This document shows positions 26,691 through 39,437 of a stretch of DNA of 64,000 nucleotides, in pieces. How positions within the stretch are numbered: the first letter of the stretch is position 1; each line of letters begins with the position of its first letter. The notes beneath the pieces were generated by a model. It saw only the letters and a list, made by a program, of their open reading frames with translations, ran no database searches and was not told the origin of the DNA. The stretch is from Octopus bimaculoides (taxonomy: Eukaryota): assembly GCF_001194135.2 (NCBI RefSeq), contig NC_068986.1:37732458-37796457 (forward strand), written 5' to 3'. Position numbers and translations under genes: made by a program.

Positions 26691-27051
26691 TCACGACACT
26701 ATCATGATCAGTAATGGTGTCGTCTGCAAAGGCTGTTGTCTGCTGCTGTTGTCTGCTGCACCTGCATTTGTTGATTCAGCTGCCACTAATGGTTCTGTTT
26801 GTTGTCTTTACTGACGACAATATCATTACATTAAGCTCTCCTGTGATGTTTCATTAACCCTTTAAAGATCGCTTTCCCTCCTAATCTATGCCCCGCTACG
26901 GCAATCAATCCAAACCAGTTGACGCATATCTTTTCACATAAAAAAAAAAGATCGTGTGCCTAGATACGAAATCATTGTCTGTTTGCGTGTATATCTGTGT
27001 GTGTTTGCATATATAAACATATTTACGTATACGTGTATGCATGTAGATAGA

Positions 27052-27083
<32 letters not shown>

Positions 27084-27114
27084 TAGATAGACAGATAGAT
27101 GTGATGTCATACCT

Positions 27115-27353
27115 ATTTGGAGGATTTTGGCCATGAAGTGAAACTGGATGTCAACCCAGTTTGGATTACAAGTGAAGGTAATGAAAAAATCTGGACATAA
27201 GTGGTGGACAGAAGTGAGATCATCCTGCATTTCTTCATGCAGGTACCGGGGGCCCCCAGTGTATGAGAATGACAGAACGTCCAATATTCGAAACAACAAC
27301 CTGATCATTCCGGTTCACGTTGTCACGAAGATTGCCATATTCTTCTGTACGCG

Positions 27354-27357
<4 letters not shown>
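27115..27357 (-). mobile_element. Helitron Rep domain fragment (pseudogenised)
   Basis: RTEEYGNLRDNVNRNDQVVVSNIGRSVIL / (frameshift) SYTGGPRYLHEEMQDDLTSVHHLCPDFFITFTCNPNWVDI matches the Helitron motif GR-VILPSSF-GGPRY...QDAM...PDLFITFTCNP-W-EI. Confidence 0.85.
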
Positions 27358-27396
<39 letters not shown>

Positions 27397-28215
27397 GTGT
27401 GTCATCGGATGTCTGAAGAAATCGAACCCGCGACTTTTCAGTCCTGAGCTCAATACCTTAACCACCCGACCACACGCCTCCATGCGCTTGGGGAATGGTT
27501 AATATTCGTTTAGTAGCTCATAGCTTTTCGAAGTTACAGCTTTTGAAATTTTTTAGTTAGTAAGCTGTTATACAGTTGAATGAGAATAATTCTCATCTAA
27601 TTTATACAAAATTCCATTTCTGTAAAAAGATCCCACGAGCTACAGGCATCCTCTTTCTAATTGGAAGAGACTAAACAAGGACATTCTCTCCATAATCATC
27701 TATTCAACTATAATAATTGCAAAGAATGCCAGCAATATTTTCTAAACATTGCGTCATTTACAATCTGCAAAGCTTTCAAGAGTTATATAGGAATTCTTTT
27801 TTTACTATTCTAATATAATTAGAATTTTCATCAATAACAAATTCTTCAAACGATGCAAACTAATCGAAATAATAATTTCTTTTGACTAGGTCAGAAAGAC
27901 ACCAACTGCAAAGTGAAGAGTTGTAGGTATATGTTACTGGTACTTAATCATTCCCAAACGAATGAAAACAAACTGTAATCCTAGGTTCGCGGTATCAAAC
28001 ACACGGCTTGCAGCAATGTTTAATCCGGACCCCGACTCAGTTTTATAAACAAAATATATTTTTTAATTTCAAAATATTCTGAAAACTATGTATATTGTTT
28101 GAAGTGGTGTACAGGTTTTATACATTAAGAAAAGAAAGGTAGTCAGGATTTGGATAAAAACTTAAACGACCCTTTCAGAGATTCATCATGAATGATTTTT
28201 ATAGAACATTCATAC

Positions 28216-28278
<63 letters not shown>

Positions 28279-28668
28279 NNNNNNNNNNNNNNNNNNNNNN
28301 NNNNNNNNNNNNNNNNNNNNNNNNNNNNNNNNNNNNNNNNNNNNNNNNNNNNNNNNNNNNNNNNNNNNNNNNNNNNNNNNNNNNNNNNNNNNNNNNNNNN
28401 NNNNNNNNNNNNNNNNNNNNNNNNNNNNNNNNNNNNNNNNNNNNNNNNNNNNNNNNNNNNNNNNNNNNNNNNNNNNNNNNNNNNNNNNNNNNNNNNNNNN
28501 NNNNNNNNNNNNNNNNNNNNNNNNNNNNNNNNNNNNNNNNNNNNNNNNNNNNNNNNNNNNNNNNNNNNNNNNNNNNNNNNNNNNNNNNNNNNNNNNNNNN
28601 NNNNNNNNNNNNNNNNNNNNNNNNNNNNNNNNNNNNNNNNNNNNNNNNNNNNNNNNNNNNNNNNNNNN

Positions 28669-28715
<47 letters not shown>

Positions 28716-31700
28716 TAAAAATTCACCACACACACACACATGCGTACACGTCCATACATAAACACATATATACATATACATATATTTATGACCATACCTA
28801 GCCATGAGCTGTCAACTCCCGCTTGCCCTTCATTCCAAACAGACACAGTCCTCTAGTCTTAGCTTTATTATTTGATAAAAGACAAATAAATTAGAAATTA
28901 ACCACAATCCCTTACAAGCTATGACCCCATTAAGCTTCATGCTTTTCGCGGAAGTGAAGTATATTCTTAGCTACAATAGCGACAAGATGGATTTCTTCCA
29001 TCTTCTTGCTCTGTTAAAGTTGACAGCTCATGGCTAGGTATGGTCAAAAATATTGTCAAGACATTAGAAGTAGTAAACTGGGTATAGAGTAACTGTCTAT
29101 AAAAGGAAGCTGGGTGGGGTGACCCTTAATCATGATGTTAATTAACAGTTAAAGTGGCAAGACGCTAATAAAACCAATGATGTTAATGCAGAGGAAATAA
29201 TATTATGGAGTACTATTGGTGATTGTTAATAAACAATATTGTTATGTTGTATAAGGATAAAATTTAAGATTATCAAAAATGATATCATAACCAAAATAGG
29301 TGAAATGTGTGTATATATCAATTTCCTGGAAGTGTAGTATATTCTTAGCTACAACAGCGACAACATGGATTTCTTCCATCTAATAACACAAGTTTGACAC
29401 CTTTGTGGCTAGGGCCTAGTTACATAAATTGTGACTTTGATATATCGACGGGTATGATACGTTTCAGCACTACCGTTTTAGCGTCGCTTGTTTGACGTCC
29501 TTGATTCGACGCTGAATTATTTGGCATCAAATGTTTTACTGTTTCTCCTATTGTCTCCCTTTCTCCTTCTTCTTATCTATCCCCGCCTCCCTTTCAACTT
29601 CCTTTCTCTAACTCTCCATCCCCTCACCTCTTTCTTCTCTCTTTGTTGCTCTCTTTCTCTTGTTCTTTTTCTCTTGCTCTCTTTCTCTCTCTCCCTTCCT
29701 CACTCTCTCTCTCTCTCTCTCTCGTTATGTGATGTGTATCTAGTTATGTTTTTATGTATGTGTACTGATCCTCTCACCTTCGTTCTCTTTCCCTCTCTCT
29801 ATCTGTATGCATATACTTCTTCACTAGCAAGCGTGTGTTTGTATGTGTGAGAGAGAGTTAGCCTCCAGTGCCAAACAGCACTATCTCTTAAACAGGTTAA
29901 ACGTCCAGGTTAAACAGGTTAAACGTCCAGGTTAAACAGGTTAAACATGCCAAATCTTCAACGTCGAAGCAGCCGCACCCAATCGTTTCGTTCAGTGTAT
30001 CGACTGCCTCCACCTCCATAACCAGCAGAAATATAAAAATATGAACTTCACATTATTGACCTTCCATTTAAACGCTAGCTTCTACTCGTAATTATGGCTA
30101 CGAACCATTCCATTTTCTAGAACAACGCATAAAATTTTCAGTATATTTAGTATCAAGCAATAGAAATTAGATACTAATAGTATGTATGTATCAAATTACG
30201 TATCTTCTGGACTTCAGTATTCATCCCAAATTCAAAACCTAAAATGAATACTAAATGGGAACGAAAATTACATTTTATTCTTTTTCCAATAACCTCTTAA
30301 ACATTTAATAACATTCTCTTATTAAATAAAACTTGGATGTCACCGTCATTCTTAAATGAGGACCGCACTGTTTTTTTTTTTTTGCTTTTGTTATTTGTTT
30401 TGTTTTATCTTGTTTCTTATTTTTGTTTGTTTTTCTTGTTTTGCTTTGTCTTTTGTCTTGTTTTTCTTCCTATATAATGTTTACCTCGTTAAATAGTTAA
30501 ACAGTGCAATTAGGCTTTTGTTAGCACGCAGATACATGCTATATATCTCAAGCAGTATGTGTGTATATATGTATGTATGTNNNNNNNNNNNNNNNNNNNN
30601 NNNNNNNNNNNNNNNNNNNNNNNNNNNNNNNNNNNNNNNNNNNNNNNNNNNNNNNNNNNNNNNNNNNNNNNNNNNNNNNNNNNNNNNNNNNNNNNNNNNN
30701 NNNNNNNNNNNNNNNNNNNNNNNNNNNNNNNNNNNNNNNNNNNNNNNNNNNNNNNNNNNNNNNNNNNNNNNNNNNNNNNNNNNNNNNNNNNNNNNNNNNN
30801 NNNNNNNNNNNNNNNNNNNNNNNNNNNNNNNNNNNNNNNNNNNNNNNNNNNNNNNNNNNNNNNNNNNNNNNNNNNNNNNNNNNNNNNNNNNNNNNNNNNN
30901 NNNNNNNNNNNNNNNNNNNNNNNNNNNNNNNNNNNNATGTATGATGCATGCATGTATGATGTATGTATATATCTGTGTATGAGGTATGTATGCATGAGGT
31001 ATGTATGCATGTATGTATGTATGTATCTGTCTATCTATCTATGTATACATATATATAAGTATATTTATGTACATATATATATAAACATATACATACATAC
31101 ACACACGCACACACACTCACACACGCACGCACACACACACACACGTACTCATATGCATACATACATACATAAATACATACATACATACATACATACATAC
31201 ATACATACATACATACATACGTAAATACATGGGATCCATGTCATTAAATATAATTCATGCAGTTTAATTTCTTTCCGAGAACCCTTGTTTTCACTTGTTA
31301 TCGCACTTTGCTGCTCTTCATTAACTTATTGAAAGAGATCGATTGGATTTTAAGCAAATTCGACATTTGTTTTGTTTGATTGATTTGGCGCTGCAAAATA
31401 AAGCACTGGCTTCTGGCAACATCATATTTTCGCTCTCCTTGAAACAAAATAATAACAGACTATATAAATGTCGACTGAATTAATTCTAAATCAACGTAAC
31501 TTTCATAGAAGCAATAAAGGACCTGCAATTCCAGTCTATAAAGACCCCGATGTGAACCAATTTATCGGACTAATTGGTTCTTTCTCTCCTTTATGGCCAT
31601 TATTTTTCTGACTCGAATAACTGTTTCTTACATATGCATGACTCGTAATTGGAGCTAAATGTGGTGACGTTCATGACCTCCCTACCTATATTCACGAGTA

Positions 31701-31919
31701 AACTGTAACGCTCGAACTTCTTTGGTGGTTGGTATTTGTGTGATTTATTAATGACGACCAGTTATATACGTTCATGGTGGCTGTCAACTCGTAGACAAAT
31801 ATGACCGTCGCTGGCAAATTATCTTGTCCTAGTTGTTAAAGACAATGGCTATCAGCAGTGCCCGTGCCGCAACTCAAGGTCAATGACGGTTTGCAGCACA
31901 ACACCGCCAAGACTCTCAC

Positions 31920-32005
31920 CTACAAAGCTAAGTAGACCAGAAACAAGCAAGATCAAGATCTCCATCTTCGCTATGAGACAGGTGTTATGTCGTCGATTTC
32001 TTCTC
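31920..32005 (-). CDS. Candidate exon carrying a start codon and signal-peptide-like N-terminus (MEILILLVSGLLSFV, phase 1) of an unidentified gene
   Basis: Acceptor tctttgtttcgaaatctctgtag|, ATG at 31965 in context GAAGATGG, 15 mostly hydrophobic codons, donor TAG|gtgaga. No downstream exon identified. Confidence 0.4.
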
Positions 32006-32241
32006 CTACAGAGATTTCGAAACAAAGACTAGGGATCCTTAACTTCCAGTTATTGGAGGGCCGTTGACTTTACTGAGTTCCTTCATCTTTTAATAGGTTT
32101 TCTTTTCGTCTTGCAGGATATATTTAATGAAAACCATTTTCTTTACAAAACAGGTTTGACAGGGTTGCATTTTAGTTGCCTAAGGCCTGACCATGCGACA
32201 GGCAGCATTTGGTTACATATTACCAATAGCGTATTAAGTGA

Positions 32242-32396
32242 GATATAGTTGTATGGGACGGAGAAAAACGTCATGCATCGTTGCAGAGATCAGCTGCTTG
32301 GTAGATGTGAATTGAGAGGAAAAGAAGAACATCTATGGGCAATTGATAAAAAACTTACAGCTCTTATATCCAGGCTACAGATTTTCATATGTTCCT
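32242..32396 (+). mobile_element. Degenerate restriction-like endonuclease (RLE) fragment of an R4/Dong-type LINE
   Basis: DIVVWDGEKR / (1-nt frameshift) CIVAEISCLVDVN*EEKKNIYGQLIKNLQLLYPGYRFSYVP matches the PD..E.(S/A)xP..N..EK..Y RLE motif. Confidence 0.65.
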
Positions 32397-32735
32397 ATGT
32401 TCCAACATAGCAATTGATCTGCATAGAAACCTGAGAAGGCTTGGGAATGGATGCAGGAATGGATGTGTCGTTAAGAAATTCATTTCGCCACCACGTTACT
32501 TTACTTGGTTAAGTATTTTCTACTACAGCCCTGAGCTAACCAATGCCTTATAGGTCAATTTCCACCCGAAAGGACAAAAGGCAAAAGTGGGATGTGAACT
32601 CAGAACGTAAAGAGACGGGAGAAATGCTGCTAAGCATGTTGCCACACTTATTAACAATTCTGCCAGCTCTTTCACTTCATAATTATTTTTGTGAAATCTG
32701 GCTGCTTATGACATAACTTCCGGTTTCGCACAGAA

Positions 32736-32783
<48 letters not shown>

Positions 32784-32793
32784 NNNNNNNNNN

Positions 32794-32835
<42 letters not shown>

Positions 32836-33470
32836 CCTATCCTTTGTATGTATGTATGTATGTACACATACACATATTTCTCAATACGGTTGTTAAAGAC
32901 ATTAAGCAACCACTTTCGAAAATAGAAATTTTCTTCTTTTAAAACTAAGTTTGAAATCTTACGAATAAATTTCATTTTTTTCTGTACTAAATTTTTTAAG
33001 AAGTTACGTCTTTACAATAAAAAAAATGTCATCTATCTATTCATCTATTTGTCTATCTATCTACATATCTACATATCTAGTACCGACATGTCTATCACTG
33101 TTTCTATTTCGTTCTCTCAAGGCATAATCCACTTCAGTTTCCTCCATTTAATCATTTCAGAAAATACTTGAATGATTATTTTCTTACAGTCATTTTAAAA
33201 TTAATTTTGTTATTGAACAATGTGCTATAAATGAAGAATGTGTATAAGAGATCTCACAGACATCCCAACTATGAAAATGCTAGATTCACCAAAAATATTG
33301 TATACACAGACATTGTTCTATAACCATAATTTCCTGTCTTTGATTCGTTGTGTATATTGATGTGTATAGAAATTTTAAAAAACCGTTAAAAACTATCGTG
33401 CATTTTGATCTATGCAATGTTTCTTTATTTCAATAAGATTTTACCTTCTTTTAACTATTTCTTGAATACT

Positions 33471-33630
33471 GGCATTCCGTCGGTTACAACGACGACAAGG
33501 GTTCTAGTTGATCTGATCAACGGAACTGCCTGCTCGTCGCATTCTGTGTCACGCGTAATCTCTCTGAGAACTACGTTAAGGATACACCTGTCTGTGGAGT
33601 GCTCAGTCACTTGCACGTTAATTTCACGAG
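33471..33630 (-). mobile_element. 5'-truncated family C SINE with an inverted 5' segment
   Basis: 33471-33537 is the 3' tail in minus orientation; 33538-33630 is the adjoining upstream segment in plus orientation. Confidence 0.75.
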
Positions 33631-33956
33631 TGGCCACGGATATAATATGAGTGGCCACGGATATAAGATAAGCGAAGACGCAGCTCGCTTGCATATCCGT
33701 GGGCACTCGTATTTATATGCCTGGGTATACCGACGCTGATGAACGCAAAAAGCTAATGTTTCTTATTACTTTAAGCCCGAAACACGATCATGTACGCGGT
33801 TAACCAAAGTTTTAATTCATTTTCTTTCTTCTACTAGTCAATTATGTAGTCTTTTTCTCGGAGAATTTATGGTAGTAGTACTGTCTTTCGACGTCTATTT
33901 TTCAATGCGTGGTGAGGCGCAAACCAAGCCCTTGATATAATTATGTATATAATTAT

Positions 33957-33994
<38 letters not shown>

Positions 33995-34304
33995 NNNNNN
34001 NNNNNNNNNNNNNNNNNNNNNNNNNNNNNNNNNNNNNNNNNNNNNNNNNNNNNNNNNNNNNNNNNNNNNNNNNNNNNNNNNNNNNNNNNNNNNNNNNNNN
34101 NNNNNNNNNNNNNNNNNNNNNNNNNNNNNNNNNNNNNNNNNNNNNNNNNNNNNNNNNNNNNNNNNNNNNNNNNNNNNNNNNNNNNNNNNNNNNNNNNNNN
34201 NNNNNNNNNNNNNNNNNNNNNNNNNNNNNNNNNNNNNNNNNNNNNNNNNNNNNNNNNNNNNNNNNNNNNNNNNNNNNNNNNNNNNNNNNNGAAAGCAGCC
34301 CGTC

Positions 34305-34338
<34 letters not shown>

Positions 34339-34393
34339 GACGGGCTGCTTTCAGTTTTCGTCTACTAAGTCCACTCACAAGGCTGTGGTTATC

Positions 34394-34432
<39 letters not shown>

Positions 34433-35208
34433 GCAAAGTAATACTTATTCCGAGCATGAAACAACGCATGAACTAATGCGAATGATAATAAGGAAAAACA
34501 TTTACATGTATTGTTATCACACGGTTTGAGAAAGAGGAATGTATTCCTTTATCACTCAAGTCTCTTGGGATAGTCCTAAGTGACCTAAAAATATTAACGG
34601 TAGCTATCAAATGAAGCTGATCTGACACGAGAAAAACTAATATTGCTGAAGTAAACCAGCCATCTCTCCGTTGCTATGGACTGGCTTCGGTATGTATAAT
34701 GACGTTTCACGGGAAACTACCTGACCAGAGATAACATACACTTAGCTATCTGATTATATTTTAGAACATGCAGATAAAGCAAATATTTGAGATTATGTTG
34801 ACCACAAATTATGTCCGGAGAAAGATGACCAGTCAAATTTTATCATTTTTTGGCGACAGTTTTGCGCTTCTACACAGACACACAGACTAAAACAAATCAT
34901 GTTTGTGCTTTGTTTTCTTTCATATGTTTCACCAAATGGGAATTTAAGTGGTGAAACGAGCTACTTATTCACCACCGTCAAATACGATAGCTTAACCTAA
35001 ACCTAAACACGGAAAGTCGACTCCGGTTGCATTTGAACTCAGAATGTAATGATGGACGAAATGCCGTATTTGAAGTCAGAACTGAAACTGTATACTTCTT
35101 CAGTGCGTGGCGAATATATCCTGGGTTGTCTTGTCTCTATCAATAAAGCTTTGTAATCATCGTTTCTTACAATTTTGTACAGCTTCAGGCTTTTACAAGA
35201 ACAGAGTA

Positions 35209-35452
35209 CAGTAATCCCTCAACTATTGCGGGTGTCACGTTCCAAAACACCCCGCAATAGGTGAAAATCCGCAAAGCAGAAACAGTATTGTACTGTATAT
35301 TTCTTTTATTATTTTCATAATTTGTATATAATTTGTATATATTTATTTTAATGTAAATACAAAATAAAACCACAGAGGAATCGACGTAAGCTTAAATAAA
35401 CCGCGATAGGCGAACCGTGATAGGTGAACCGTGATATGGCGAATGATTACCG
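35209..35452. mobile_element. pogo/Tigger-type MITE
   Basis: TA|CAGTAATCCCTC...GAATGATTACCG|TA: imperfect TIRs, TA target duplication, 244 bp, non-coding. Confidence 0.8.
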
Positions 35453-35544
35453 TATAAACGAAGATGCGAATCAAATGTCTTTCCCTGGAACCATAAGAAA
35501 AGTATTGATTTCTAACATCGGCCCAAGGCTGCACGCTGATCTTG

Positions 35545-35710
35545 GAATAAGGAACAGGCGAATATTGATTGATACTTTTATCGATCCCAGAAACATGAAA
35601 ACCAAATTCGACCTCAGTAGGATTTGAACCTGCGATATAGATGTAATGAACACTGCGAAGCATTTTTTTTTCTATCGTCCTAACGGTCGCTCTAACGATT
35701 CTGCTGGTGT
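35545..35710 (-). mobile_element. Degenerate family A SINE
   Basis: aattcgacctcagtaggatttgaacc...ctaacgattctgc. Confidence 0.6.
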
Positions 35711-36591
35711 AACTAAAAGATAAAATTTAAATTCTGATCATTTCTAATCTGAAGAATTATGCCAATGTCTATCGCCCTTTGATGTCAGCCAAAGTAACGT
35801 CATCACATCATACAACAGGGCAGTGCCGTCATAGCCTCTACACTTTAAAACTGAGATTTGCATGGCGTAAAACCAGAAATATTCTTATCGTGATTAACCC
35901 ATGACAACAGACTCCATCTTTAACATAGCTTCAGAATTTACACACTTATTGACCGTCCTCAATTTTATTTTATTTTATTAAGTCAAAGTTCATGAAATTT
36001 GTTTGCATTTTGCAAATGTTTATTCAGGTTTAACATCAAAATAGAGAGATAGATTAGTGAAATGTATAATTTTTTTGTTTTGTTTTGTTGTTATTTTCTT
36101 GTTTGTTTACTTTAGCAATTGTAGCATCACACTGATAAGGAGGCTTCTACGTGGTCAACAGACATGCTAAAAATAATAGCCAAATATCTTTCGGGTTAAA
36201 CCCTGCGTCTTAAAAATTGAAAGGACCCAAAACCAAAGAGGAATTTTCTATAAATCTCTCATTTTCATAACCTATCGCCTTAAAAAAGGAAAGCCAAGTC
36301 TAGAAAAAAAAAACGGATGGTCATGGCTGAAATGTTTTTCCTGGTCTGTTTTGCATAAGCTAAATAAAAATTAGTAGACTCATTGGACAATGACCCTTCT
36401 ATACAAAAAGAGAAATGTTACGAATGGTAGAGTCGTTAGAGCAGTTCTTTGCATACATTGCTTTATTCGTTCTCAATCACTGCGCTCTAAGTTCAAATCA
36501 CCACCGAAGCCAGCTTCGCGTTTTATCCTCGATTGTAGTCATTTATTCTTTTCTTTGTAAATTGTTTCTGCAATTCGTAAATTCATGCTTG

Positions 36592-37116
36592 TCTTTATCT
36601 TTTACTTGTTTCAGTCAGTGGACTGCGGCGATGCTGGGGCACCACCTAGAATAATTTTAGTCGAAAGAATCGACCCCAGTACTTACATTGTTTTAAAACC
36701 TGGTTCTTATTCTATCGCGGTCTCTTTTTGCCGAACCGCTATGTTATGGAGATGTGAATACACCAACACCGTTTTCAAGCAATGCTGGAGGACCAACACA
36801 AACATACATAATAAATACATACATACATACATTCACATATATATATATATATANNNNNNNNNNNNNNNNNNNNNNNNNNNNNNNNNNNNNNNNNNNNNNN
36901 NNNNNNNNNNNNNNNNNNNNNNNNNNNNNNNNNNNNNNNNNNNNNNNNNNNNNNNATAGTTTTAGGCTTCTTTCAGTTTCTGTCTACCAAATCCACTCAC
37001 AAGGCTTTGGTCGGCCTTGGTTATAGTAAAATACATTTGCTTAAGTGGGGCTGAACCCGGAATTTTGTGGTTGAGAAACAAAGCTTTTACCACACAGCCG
37101 CGCCAGCGCCTGCGCC
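36592..37116 (-). mobile_element. Family B SINE spanning a gap
   Basis: tttacttgtttcagtc...gctggggcaccacc tail; ttctttcagtttctgtctaccaaatccactcacaaggctttggtcggcc core; tRNA-like head. Confidence 0.8.
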
Positions 37117-39437
37117 GCTTCTCACATAGTTTCACATTGACGTTGCCTGAAAATTGCACTGAGTGTATATATTCAGCCACTTACTCGATAATTTGATGTG
37201 GAGCGATTCTATCGATGAAACACCTTAATCCTCATCATCGAAGCTGGCAGTAAATTCACTGCCGTACAAATAGAGAAGCTGGTTATGAATAGAGCACCTT
37301 TGATCAGAGATCTGCTGGATCACACCTAGCCTGACGCTAAACAACAGTAAGCAAGATGGCATTTTAATTATTTTGAATATAGGCGTAGAGCCATAGTTTA
37401 TTGGTTAAAATAATACTAAATCCAGAAAACATTGAAGAAACGTTAAATTTCCATTTGTTCTGGATAGTTTTATTCTAGTTGAATTATATTTTTGAAAGTT
37501 AAAGTTAGTATTATTACACCCAGTCTAACTCCACAATAGCGATTTCCGTCAGTACCCTGAATAATTTCATGTTTTCTTCTCTGGAAGTCGAGTTTTTTGC
37601 ATTCTTTCTTTTTATTTCTTTTTTTTTTTTTTGTGCTATAACTTCAAAAAGTAGTAGGACCGTAATATACTTTCAAGAAACGGAATTACAAAAGGAACGT
37701 TGTCTCTTGGCTTAGAATATATTTCTACAATGCACAATTGCACTGAGCAAAGGTTTATGAAATTGGGCGTGTTAAGAGATCTAAATAATATACAGAGATA
37801 ATTAGGAGCGTGAGATATATAGCGTGAAGTTTGTTATGGCTTCCTATGGCTGGTCTTAGTATAAGATATCATTTCTTTCAACAAATTTTAACAAAATATG
37901 AATTCACTATCGTAATCCAAATATGGTGGAAACTGGCTTTAATAGTACATAATTTAAATGTGAAAATAGTTCACGATGAGAAGTCAACGCTTTGTTTGTT
38001 TGTTTTCCTGTGGGAGGTGCCCAGAAGAAATACAAAGTATTCTGTTGTTTTAACTTCCTTAGTCGACAAGCAGCGATAAGATAATATAGTTATCAGACAA
38101 AATTCAGGGGTGGTGACGAACTGATATGATCTGTAACAGCAGGGTTTTGTTTTCTGTGTGGTACAGGAGGGTTAGAAGTAAAAGGAAGTTAGTGTATCTA
38201 TGATATTTGGTAACCAGTTACAAAACAAATTAGCATTCAAAATGTACAGCCATAAGTAACTAGCATTAAATTAAGCATGAATAAGAAATAACACTTGTTA
38301 CCTGTAAATTATGTTTTAAAAAATGGCAAAAAAATAACAGCAATAATATTTCTAATAAATCAAAGCAATATTGATTACCGCTACGATCAATGGTCTCATA
38401 TTGCAAGCATTTAGGCTAATCGATATGACAAATATTTCTAACGGATAGGTTTTTTTCGCAGTTGCCTGAAGTTCACTCTGATAGACTTTTTATGTTGAAG
38501 GACATGCGTATTAACCGTTGAAATCATATAGTGTAGCAGTAACGTCTTAATGAAATAAAAAGAGTTCTACATCCGCCCCTCATGCTATACATCTCTCTCT
38601 CTCTGACTCTCTCTCTCTCTCTCTCAAGTGGAAACAGGTCTTATAAGGAGTTGATGGCTCAATTCTGAATTGTATCTTGATGAAGGATTATAAGTGTGTG
38701 TGTGTGTATGTGTATGTGTATGAGTGTGTATGTGTATGTATATATATATATATATATATATATACATACATTTCTATTTATATATACACACATATAGGCG
38801 TAACTAGTGTGGTCATCATAGACGCATTCCTTGTAGGAAACCTCTCCTCACTACCAAGCATAAATCAAGTCGTCTTTCTTTTGCCGAAACCTATGTGAGT
38901 AAGAGGAAGGTGTTTTGGAATAAAATTCTATTTTCTGATGAAACTAAAATCGAACTCGCGACCTTACGATCGCGAGCCGAGCACACTAATCACTAAGCTG
39001 CGCAGCTTCACTGAAATAAACTAATAGCAAGTAATAAAATGAAGAATTACAGATAAATGTTATTCTTGTTTCTCCAACGCTAAACCACCATTCTGCTACA
39101 GTTCTGCCAATAACCAAGACACAGATCTCGTTTACCCTTAGCGAAGTATTGCTCAGGTATTTAGAATAATCCGCTAACCATATTATCTCGCATTCTAAAT
39201 AATAGAGAAAGATATTAATTGGTAGTTTACTGTCGGGTTTTAATTCACCTGTTTATTTTTACCAGTTTCTCCCATCATGTAAACCCGTAGCTAATACTTG
39301 CCGCGCTTTGGGCTCTCAACTTTCGATTGAATGATTAGAAAACCAACACCCACAACCAATTTTTAATAGGAAGAGTGACAGACAGACACAAAGAAAGAAA
39401 TATAGAGGAAGAAAAAGGGATCCGACTCTAGTAAAGT

